From assembly GCA_003482905.1 (NCBI GenBank), contig DMXM01000034.1, forward strand, positions 108,277 through 172,276: a DNA stretch of 64,000 bases, given 5' to 3'. The position numbers and the translations under genes were made by a program. Source of the DNA: Elusimicrobiota bacterium. GTDB lineage: Bacteria > Elusimicrobiota > Elusimicrobia > Elusimicrobiales > UBA9959. This document shows, piece by piece, positions 7,301-15,184 of the stretch; position 1 is the stretch's first letter; the number at the start of each line of letters is the position of its first letter. The notes under the pieces were generated by a model. That model was not told the origin of the DNA, ran no database searches, and was given only the letters and a program-made list of their open reading frames with translations.

Positions 7301-8078
7301 CGCTTCCATGGTTCCGCCCGTAACTGGCGCCGGTTCGCGGTTCATGTGGATCCCCTCCGCTTCCGCCATACGTGCCGGTTATGTGCCGGGCACGGAGTGG
7401 GATACTGTCGGGCTTTATTCCGTGGCTTTCGGCAACAAGAACACCGTTACGGCCGATGAGGCCGTGGTGAGCGGGGGGTTCTTTAACAACGCTTCCGGCA
7501 GGTATTCAGCGATCGCCGGCGGCTACGGTAACACCAATCAGGGGCTTCGTTCCAATATAAGCGGCGGCGACAATAACTATATATTCGGACGCAATTCCGT
7601 GGTGCCCGGCGGTGGCTACAACGTTGTACACAGCTCCTATTCGTTCGTGGGCGGCTTTAACAGTTATCTGGACACCGACGCGCAGGGGACGTTCGTGTGG
7701 GGATATGATGACAGCGGCCCGCATGGGCTTTCAACGGCCAAACTTTCGGCCTACCGTATCGCTACTCCGTACGCTTTCCTTATCGATCCTGACGACGTCA
7801 AACACTATAAGGTGGGCGTACGCACGGCCGCTCCGCAGGCCGCCCTGGACGTGAACGGAGACGCGCAGTTCGGCTCCGGCTTGACCAAATCCACCTTCAC
7901 CGCCGAAGGCTTCTGGATGCCGCGCTGGGAACCTATCGGCAATATAGACACCATCGCCCCGTCCGCCGTGGGCCAGATCATTGGCAATTCCAGCTCCATG
8001 AACCTGTGCGTCTCCACCGGCACAACCCCCGGCGCCTGGGTCGCCGTAGGCAGCAGCGGTGTATTGCACTGTTACTGA
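4359..8078 (+). CDS. Large secreted fibrous surface protein (phage-tail-fibre-like repeats, YadA-head-like segment)
   Basis: GGAGGA at 4350-4355 lies before the ATG. Signal peptide (MKRLSPRFMLLLAMAAVPQPSCA). K[TA]GDTMTG occurs 3 times (nt 5313, 5538, 5934). GDGSxL[ST] occurs 3 times. There are 7 copies of a [VI]G[IV]G..P...L.V motif. aa 1037-1105 form a G/N/S-rich repeat (GGFFNNASGRYSAIAGGYGNTNQGLRSNISGGDNNYIFG..) resembling YadA-head/tail-fibre repeats. Confidence 0.8.
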   Translation: MKDLNKEPRNFLMKRLSPRFMLLLAMAAVPQPSCAVIPQSINYQGFLLSKATNLPVETPQDINFVIYGAATGGSALFTESRCDVAVNKGRYDVEIGAAGGGIPGSVLIDNQNLWLEIQVDPNGDCTAPYEAMAPRIRLQAAPFAFNALYASTASAAAPVFAANIISALPQTDNGAVTISTNLFVQGNISVGSLSTGQKLAVTGMVESKGNYPACGAGNACGFKFPDGTVQLSAAVANTMWESLGANVNNMNAGNVGIGEYSNPPLARLHVSSASGETGNLLLVSTGTSSIFRVNGLGQVYGGSYYGNGATLTGIVAKTGDTMTGQLTLTSALGASTPKVKFLDNVEISSTTAANYGGVYISTHVRLSPGSVIYGDGSGLSGVVSADSTKVLKTGDTMTGQLTLAASTLTVTGNAFSVGGSTFSVLNGNTALGAASYLARLTVSGGIVATSSITAQAGIYATSINGQSVTASTASFLGWSAASNYSIDTASSIKVNAGAVIAPSFIGDGSQLTNVVGVDPSRVLKAGDTMTGYLMVSPSSVTILSMGAHAYALTVASSPSPDSYILAVTTAGRVGVGVPVPLVPLEVNNSMMVSNWGGADSLAHIYSNGGYGYLRWSDNGLSGSGNTSQGAMGFLPGATRSFVYRALGTSPGASGAEVFRIALDASDVSSGDSWRFGIGTSDPLEKFHVASNMLVSTAALAPILYISTTTGLVGVGSSTPGHKLLVNGGIMAVSSITAQGGFFGDGSGLTNISAGGLPGQIQVSSIAARADSAYGAVVFTSDTYINAKLAVGEIFTPDSDLHVRGTMRLDQKNAGDPVFLNISPQNGGSTYVSWNDVADATRRGALGILANESDLAYWAGSPTPGIGAESFRVKRDGKFLMGGAGKDFIPLARFHVVSDMMISTDAATPIFFVSTASGSVGISTGTAMERMHVASSFLVGPGRDNAILYVSTGTSFTGIGTGNPRAMLEVGNGSILGAGTHAASMVPPVTGAGSRFMWIPSASAIRAGYVPGTEWDTVGLYSVAFGNKNTVTADEAVVSGGFFNNASGRYSAIAGGYGNTNQGLRSNISGGDNNYIFGRNSVVPGGGYNVVHSSYSFVGGFNSYLDTDAQGTFVWGYDDSGPHGLSTAKLSAYRIATPYAFLIDPDDVKHYKVGVRTAAPQAALDVNGDAQFGSGLTKSTFTAEGFWMPRWEPIGNIDTIAPSAVGQIIGNSSSMNLCVSTGTTPGAWVAVGSSGVLHCY

Positions 8079-8129
8079 TATGTATTTTTGGAGTTTAGAT
8101 CCGCAGGATGTGAAGTCGGGGGCCTGTCT

Positions 8130-8242
8130 GGGGTATTGCCCTGCAAACCCTGGAAGATGGAAACCGTTGCGCGGTTTCCCCCCGCCCTGGGAAATTATGG
8201 CGGGGCCCCCCCTTCCCCAAAGGGTTTGCAGGGCAACACCCC
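8130..8242 (+). other. GC-rich three-way-junction palindromic element (candidate structured RNA / 3' UTR element)
   Basis: The outer stem pairs GGGGTATTGCCCTGCAAACCCT (8130-8151) with AGGGTTTGCAGGGCAACACCCC (8221-8242), 21/22 bp. It encloses the hairpins GGAAACCG-ttgcg-CGGTTTCC and CCCCGCC-13 nt-GGCGGGG. It lies between the fibre-gene stop and the terminator. Confidence 0.45.
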
Positions 8243-8254
8243 AGCCACCCCTCC
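8236..8254. repeat. Left arm of an imperfect 19-bp inverted repeat flanking the AT-rich cassette
   Basis: ACACCCCAGCCACCCCTCC matches the reverse complement of 8804-8822 (ACACCCTCGCCACCCCTCC) at 17/19 positions. Confidence 0.5.
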
Positions 8255-8282
8255 GGTTTAGTTTATGAGTAGAAAGTATAAT

Positions 8283-8335
8283 GGGGACAGGCTACTTTTC
8301 GTATTCCTGCGAAAAGTAGCCTGTCCCCTTTGTTC
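8283..8335 (+). terminator. Strong hairpin terminator shared by convergent genes
   Basis: A perfect 19-bp stem pairs GGGGACAGGCTACTTTTCG (8283-8301) with CGAAAAGTAGCCTGTCCCC (8310-8328) around an 8-nt loop, followed by TTTGTT. It lies between the + strand fibre gene and the - strand 126-aa gene. Confidence 0.7.
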
Positions 8336-8381
8336 CCGACGCCGGGCTTCCCCGGCGCTAATGTGAGACTTAGGACTACGA

Positions 8382-8762
8382 TTATTTGCTCTGGTCTTTG
8401 AATTTTAGGCGGAACAATCTAGATGAAATAATAAGTCCGCTAAGTGTGCCAAGCCCAATTGTTAGAATGAATAAACCTGCAGGGCTTATGCTATTTAGAA
8501 AAATAGAAATTATGGCTGCTACTGTTCCTGCTGTTGAAAAATATAAAGCAGCAAGGTTGAGAAAATAAATCGCCCAATACGCCCATTTTGAGTCTTTGCG
8601 TAATATCTGTGTCCCTGTAATAAAGACCATCCCAATTGCGCATCCAAAAAAGACGAATGGGATATTTGACCAAACTATCGGAGGGATTGCTGCTTTTGCG
8701 CTACTTAATGCGCTGGGCCCTGAAACAGCGCCCAAAGTACATGCCACGATATTAATTCGCAT
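8382..8762 (-). CDS. Small integral membrane protein (about 4 TM), unknown function, in a low-GC patch
   Basis: 126-aa ORF with four hydrophobic segments (IVACTLGAVSGPSAL.., IPFVFFGCAIGMVFITG, WAIYFLNLAALYFSTAGTVAAIISIFL, GLFILTIGLGTLSGLII). Two 60-nt lines counted by hand give 38 % and 33 % GC, against 72 % in the adjacent flank line. Confidence 0.55.
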   Translation of the reverse strand: MRINIVACTLGAVSGPSALSSAKAAIPPIVWSNIPFVFFGCAIGMVFITGTQILRKDSKWAYWAIYFLNLAALYFSTAGTVAAIISIFLNSISPAGLFILTIGLGTLSGLIISSRLFRLKFKDQSK

Positions 8763-8803
8763 ATTAATTCAGCTTAGTGCCCTTTGTGCAGCGTTGCTGA
8801 TAT

Positions 8804-8822
8804 GGAGGGGTGGCGAGGGTGT
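8804..8822. repeat. Right arm of the imperfect 19-bp inverted repeat flanking the AT-rich cassette
   Basis: GGAGGGGTGGCGAGGGTGT is the reverse complement of the 8236-8254 arm at 17/19 positions. Confidence 0.5.
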
Positions 8823-8932
8823 GGGGTTGGAGGGCCGTCACGGAGGCCGAGGCTTGCGTAAGCGCCGAGGCCGAGTGACGAGGGGCGGGCACGGTGTGTC
8901 CCGACCCCGTGCCCGAGAACCCCACACCCTCG
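8814..8932 (-). other. GC-rich multi-hairpin palindromic element downstream of nuoN
   Basis: A perfect 15-bp outer stem pairs CGAGGGTGTGGGGTT (8814-8828) with AACCCCACACCCTCG (8918-8932). Inside are GGGCACGG-12 nt-CCGTGCCC and a GTCAC...GTGAC hairpin. It lies 62 nt after the nuoN stop on the minus strand, so it may act as an operon terminator or insulator. Confidence 0.4.
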
Positions 8933-8993
8933 ACAGGACCCCGACTGGGCATCCTTGCGGATCTTTCGTTAAGCAATGCCAATGCGGTTTCTG

Positions 8994-10403
8994 CTAGAAC
9001 CAGCGGGCGGCTTCGGCGGTTAGGGTCAGGAGAGGGCGGGAGAAGACTCCGGCGAGGATGACGCCCGCGGCCAGGAGGAAGATGACGGCTTCGGCGACGC
9101 CGACGGGGGCTTCGGCGTGGTCGCCGACGGACGGTTTCATGTACATGACGACCGTGACTTTAAGATAATAGTACATGGACACCGCGCTCATGATGATGGC
9201 GATGACTACCAGGCCGGTAAATCCTGAGTTTACCGCGCCGGAGAAAGCGTAGAACTTGGCGAAGAAACCGGCCAGGGGCGGCACGCCGGCGAGCGAGAAC
9301 ATAAAGGCCGACATGGCCCCCGCCAGCCAGGGGCGGCGTTTGGCAAGACCCGCCAGATCCTCGATAAGCGGTCCTTTCTCCCCCTTCTCAAGCACCAGCG
9401 CCACAGCGAAAGCCCCGATGGTCGCCATAGCGTAAACGGGCAGGTAATAAAGCACCGCCTCAAAACCCTTCTGGCCGCCGAAGAAAGCCACCGCCAGATA
9501 ACCGGCGTGAGCCACGCTTGAATAAGCCAGCAGCCGCTTCAGGCCGGTCTGCGCCAGCGCCATAAGGTTGGCCGATACCGCCGTAATGGCCGCCAGCCAC
9601 CAGAAGATCTCGTGCACAGGCCCGCCCTTAAAAAGGCTGAAAAGCTTCCACAGCACTATCACGCCTCCGGCCTTGACCGCGGCCCCCATGAAAGCCGATA
9701 CCTGCGTAGGCGCCCCTTCGTAGGCGTCAGGCACCCACATATGGAAAGGCACCAGCGCCGTCTTGAAAGCGAAGCCCGAGATCACCAGCAGGAAACCCGC
9801 CAGCGCCAAAGGCTGCGGCGTTCCCGCCTTCAGCGCGGCAAAGCTCAGCGCCGGATAGACCGCGTTAAGAATAGCGATGCCCATCACCGTCATGCCGGAG
9901 CCGAAAGCTCCCAGCATAAAATACTTATAGGCCGCTTCAAGCCCGGGCTTGGACCGCCTGATGCCGGCCAAAGCGTACACGGGCAGGCTCAGCAGCTCCA
10001 GCGCGATAAAGGCCGTGAACAAGTCCCCGGCCGCCACCAGCGCCATTAGGCCGATGCCTGCCATGAAAATGAGGAAATAGTATTCCCCCTCGCTTTCCTC
10101 CGGCGCCGCGGGGCGGACCAGGGAGAGCGTAATTACAAGCGCCAGCACGCCCAGGACGAAAGTCCACAAATAGGCCGAAAGCGGGCTAAGCAGCAGCGCC
10201 CCGCTGAAGAAGGAGAGTTCGGCCGAAGGCGCGCGGCGCACGAAGGTCAGCGCCGCGAACACCGTGCCGAGCGCGATAAGTCCCTGCGTTCCGCGCAGCC
10301 GCTTGATAAAAAGCGGCAGCAGCAGGCAGGCTAGCGCGGCCAGCGCCAGCAATAGCGGGACGGAAATAGAGCAGGCGGCGAAATTTACAAGATCGAGGGT
10401 CAT
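8994..10403 (-). CDS. nuoN: NADH-quinone oxidoreductase subunit N
   Basis: 469-aa polytopic antiporter-like protein, last gene of the nuo operon. Its start overlaps the nuoM stop. Confidence 0.9.
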   Translation of the reverse strand: MTLDLVNFAACSISVPLLLALAALACLLLPLFIKRLRGTQGLIALGTVFAALTFVRRAPSAELSFFSGALLLSPLSAYLWTFVLGVLALVITLSLVRPAAPEESEGEYYFLIFMAGIGLMALVAAGDLFTAFIALELLSLPVYALAGIRRSKPGLEAAYKYFMLGAFGSGMTVMGIAILNAVYPALSFAALKAGTPQPLALAGFLLVISGFAFKTALVPFHMWVPDAYEGAPTQVSAFMGAAVKAGGVIVLWKLFSLFKGGPVHEIFWWLAAITAVSANLMALAQTGLKRLLAYSSVAHAGYLAVAFFGGQKGFEAVLYYLPVYAMATIGAFAVALVLEKGEKGPLIEDLAGLAKRRPWLAGAMSAFMFSLAGVPPLAGFFAKFYAFSGAVNSGFTGLVVIAIIMSAVSMYYYLKVTVVMYMKPSVGDHAEAPVGVAEAVIFLLAAGVILAGVFSRPLLTLTAEAARWF

Positions 10404-11944
10404 TCTTGTTCCTTCCCTCCGAGAGTTATTTTAAATTCGGGCACGGCGGGCGCGGCCTGCTGCTGCGAGAGGGCGATATAGTTATTCACGGCGGGCATGG
10501 CGCGCCTGAGCAGCGGGTTGGGCCATACGCCTATAAGCACTATGAAAATTACCAGCGGCAAAAGATAAAGCCATTCCCTGGCGTTCAGGTCCGGCAGTAT
10601 CTTGTTCTCCGTATGGCGCAGCGGGCCGAAGACCACCTGCTGGTACATGTCCAGCATGTAGACCGCCGACAGTATCACGCCGCCCACGGCCGCCCCGGCC
10701 AGCCAGGGGTAAACCTTGAAAGAACCGAACAAGACCAGCACTTCGCCGATAAAGCCGTTAAGACCAGGCAGACCGACGGAGGAAAGCGTTACCAGCATGA
10801 AGACCGCGGCGAAGCCGGGCATAACCTTGGCGAGCCCGCCGTAATCCTCTATCATGCGGGTGTGGCGGCGCTCGTACAGCACGCCGACAAGCAGGAACAG
10901 CGCGCCGGTGGAAAGGCCGTGGTTCACCATCTGCAGAACGGCGCCGGCCACGGCCGACGGCTCAAAAGCCATTATGCCCAGCATCACCGTGCCCAGATGC
11001 GCCACTGAGGAGTAGGCCACCATCTTCTTCATGTCGCGCTGGCTCCAGGCCACCAGCGAACCGTAAATTATGCCCACCACGCCCAGCCCGGCCAGCCAGG
11101 GAGCGAAGGCCGCCGCGGCCTGCGGGAACAGCGGCACCGCCAGGCGCAGGTAGCCGTAAACTCCCATCTTTAGGAGTATGCCGGCCAGCAGAACGCTGCC
11201 CGCCGTGGGGGCCTCCACGTGTGCGTCCGGCAGCCAGGTATGGAAAGGGAAAAGCGGCACTTTCACCGCGAAGGCCAGGGCGAAGGCCGCGAACAGCCAG
11301 AACTGCGCCTGCGCCGTAAGCGCCCCGCCGTAAAGAGCCGGGATGGAAAAGGTCCATACGCCGGTGGCGGCATGATGCGCCGCCACCACCCACAGTATGG
11401 CCACCAGCATCAGCACCGAGCCGGCCATGGTATAGATGAAGAACTTGAGCGCGGCGTAAATGCGCCGCGGCCCGCCCCAGATGCCGATGAGGAAATACAT
11501 CGGTATCAGCATGGCTTCCCAGAACAGGTAGAACACAAAGAGGTCCAGCGCCGCGAACACGCCTATCATCGCCGCTTCCAGGAACATCAGCGTGGCGTAG
11601 TAGGCGCGGCCGCTTTCCCTTATGTAGCTGAAAGAAGCCAGCACGGCTATAGGCATAAGCAGCGCGGTGAGCATTATCATCAGCAGGCTGATGCCGTCTA
11701 TCCCCAGGAAATAGTTTATGCCGAATGACGGCAGCCAGGCCCGGTCCAGTTGGAACTGCATAGCGGTCCCGGCGGGGTCGAAGCCGGTGTAAAGTTTTAT
11801 AGAAACCAGCAGCACCGCCAGCGTGGCGGCCAGCGAGAGCCCTTTAATGGCGCCGGTACGCTCCGCCGGAACGGCCAGCAGGGCCAGCCCTGCGGCGGCC
11901 GGCAGTATTATCATCAGTGAAAGGGGATTGGTTATAAATTCCAT
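10400..11944 (-). CDS. nuoM: NADH-quinone oxidoreductase subunit M
   Basis: 514-aa antiporter-like subunit (..FPFHTWLPDAHVEAPTAGSVLLAGILLKMG..), sitting between nuoL and nuoN. Confidence 0.9.
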   Translation of the reverse strand: MEFITNPLSLMIILPAAAGLALLAVPAERTGAIKGLSLAATLAVLLVSIKLYTGFDPAGTAMQFQLDRAWLPSFGINYFLGIDGISLLMIMLTALLMPIAVLASFSYIRESGRAYYATLMFLEAAMIGVFAALDLFVFYLFWEAMLIPMYFLIGIWGGPRRIYAALKFFIYTMAGSVLMLVAILWVVAAHHAATGVWTFSIPALYGGALTAQAQFWLFAAFALAFAVKVPLFPFHTWLPDAHVEAPTAGSVLLAGILLKMGVYGYLRLAVPLFPQAAAAFAPWLAGLGVVGIIYGSLVAWSQRDMKKMVAYSSVAHLGTVMLGIMAFEPSAVAGAVLQMVNHGLSTGALFLLVGVLYERRHTRMIEDYGGLAKVMPGFAAVFMLVTLSSVGLPGLNGFIGEVLVLFGSFKVYPWLAGAAVGGVILSAVYMLDMYQQVVFGPLRHTENKILPDLNAREWLYLLPLVIFIVLIGVWPNPLLRRAMPAVNNYIALSQQQAAPAVPEFKITLGGKEQE

Positions 11945-11947
11945 CGG

Positions 11948-13842
<1,895 letters not shown>

Positions 13843-13843
<1 letters not shown>

Positions 13844-14130
13844 CAGCCTTTCAGCTCCTTTATATTGCCGGCTTCCAGCGTTTTGAAAGTAGACGCCAGC
13901 GCTATTATCAGGGCCAGGCCCACGCCGGCTTCGGCCGCGGCTATCGCAAAAAGCATTAAGGCATAAGCCTGCGAGGCGGGCGATCCCAGCGCCACAAAAG
14001 CTATGTTGGCCGCGTTCAGCATAAGTTCAAGGAACATCAGCATGCGCACCAGGCTGCCGGAGGTGAGGAAACCCGCCGTGGCCAGGCTGAAAAGCGTGAA
14101 GCAGATGGCGGCAAGGTGGTATTGGGTCAT
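13843..14130 (-). CDS. nuoK: NADH-quinone oxidoreductase subunit K
   Basis: 95 aa with 3 TM and the motif ..LELMLNAANIAFVA.. typical of NuoK/ND4L. Confidence 0.9.
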
Positions 14131-14627
14131 TGCGCCGTCCTCCTTTTAGCGGTCAGGGCTACGGCGCCTACTATGGAGGCCAGTATGATCAGCGAAAGCA
14201 GTTCGAACTGGAAGACGAAAGGGCCGAAGATCAGGCGCGCTATTTCCAACGTGCCCGTTTCGGAGAATTCCGGGGAAGCGGCTACGGCTTTCAGCGCCGT
14301 CGAAAGCTTCAGGAGCTCGGCCAGTATTACCGCCGCGGCGGCGAGGCCTATCACGCGTTTTATTAGGGCGGGTCCGGGCTTGTCTCTCCACGCGGCCGGC
14401 GTGACTGTGAGCGCCACTATAAAAAGCGTCATGATGGCGCCGGCGTAGAGAATGACTTGCAGTATGGCCAGCAGCTGGGCGCTGAGGGCCAGATAGATAC
14501 CGGCTGTGGCGAGCAGGGCGGCCAGCATGAGCAGCGCCGCTTTTACCGGGTTGCGCTGGAAGATCATAAGCAGCGTCGCCAGGGCGGCCAGGCCGCCGAA
14601 CACGCAGATGGCCGCGGTGATCATCAT
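14127..14627 (-). CDS. nuoJ: NADH-quinone oxidoreductase subunit J
   Basis: Trimmed from ORF 14127..14954 to the ATG at 14627 (MMITAAICVFGG..), which overlaps the nuoI TGA (ATGA). The upstream part of the ORF is an Arg-rich frame overlapping nuoI. Confidence 0.85.
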   Translation of the reverse strand: MMITAAICVFGGLAALATLLMIFQRNPVKAALLMLAALLATAGIYLALSAQLLAILQVILYAGAIMTLFIVALTVTPAAWRDKPGPALIKRVIGLAAAAVILAELLKLSTALKAVAASPEFSETGTLEIARLIFGPFVFQFELLSLIILASIVGAVALTAKRRTAQ

Positions 14628-15184
14628 TTTTCCCCCCTCGCCTTCAAGTACTCGTTGGCCAGGCGGTTGGCGGCGCCTTTGACGGACGGTTCCCCTGGCA
14701 AATTGCGCAACAGGCTTTCCTTGTTCATCATAAGGGCCGTGCGCGTCTCTACGCCGCCGGGTATCTCCAGCGTATCCATGGCTATGGCGTCCTCGGGGCA
14801 GGCCTCCACGCACATGCCGCACATAACGCAGCGCGCGAGGTCTATGTCGAAAGAGGCGGGGTATTTCTCTACGCTGTTGTCGGGATATTCGGCTGCCTCT
14901 ATGCGTATGCAGTAGGCGGGGCAGGCTGTCTGGCACATGAAGCAGGCCACGCACTTGGGCGAGCCGTCGGCGCGGACTTTGAGGCGGTGGCGGGTGCGCA
15001 GGCGGGCGGCGCCGGAAAGCGTTATTTTCTGTTCCGGGTACTGGACGGTGGGCATGCCCTTGGGGTTGATAAGGTTGACGAAGAAATGGCGCATGGTCAC
15101 CAGCAGGCCGCGGGCTATCTCCCAGAGATAGATCCTCTCCAGGAGGTTGAGCGGCTTGTTGTTGACTTTCTTTACGCTTATCAT
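14624..15184 (-). CDS. nuoI: NADH-quinone oxidoreductase subunit I (2x[4Fe-4S])
   Basis: Trimmed to the ATG at 15184 (MISVKKVNN..), which overlaps the nuoH TGA. Two CxxCxxCxxxCP motifs are present (CVACFMCQTACP, CVMCGMCVEACP). Confidence 0.9.
   Translation of the reverse strand: MISVKKVNNKPLNLLERIYLWEIARGLLVTMRHFFVNLINPKGMPTVQYPEQKITLSGAARLRTRHRLKVRADGSPKCVACFMCQTACPAYCIRIEAAEYPDNSVEKYPASFDIDLARCVMCGMCVEACPEDAIAMDTLEIPGGVETRTALMMNKESLLRNLPGEPSVKGAANRLANEYLKARGEK

Noticed and set aside
4359-8078. Interpreting the tail-fibre-like gene as a prophage remnant
   Set aside because: No capsid, portal, terminase, tail tube/sheath, baseplate, lysis or integrase genes lie on either side within the window. 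The composition looks native. The protein has a Sec signal peptide and sits in an operon with an FN3 surface protein.
8059-8268. 69-aa ORF covering the GC-rich three-way-junction element
   Set aside because: P/G/R/W-rich sequence with no SD. It coincides exactly with a near-perfect nested palindrome, so RNA/DNA structure explains the region better than coding.
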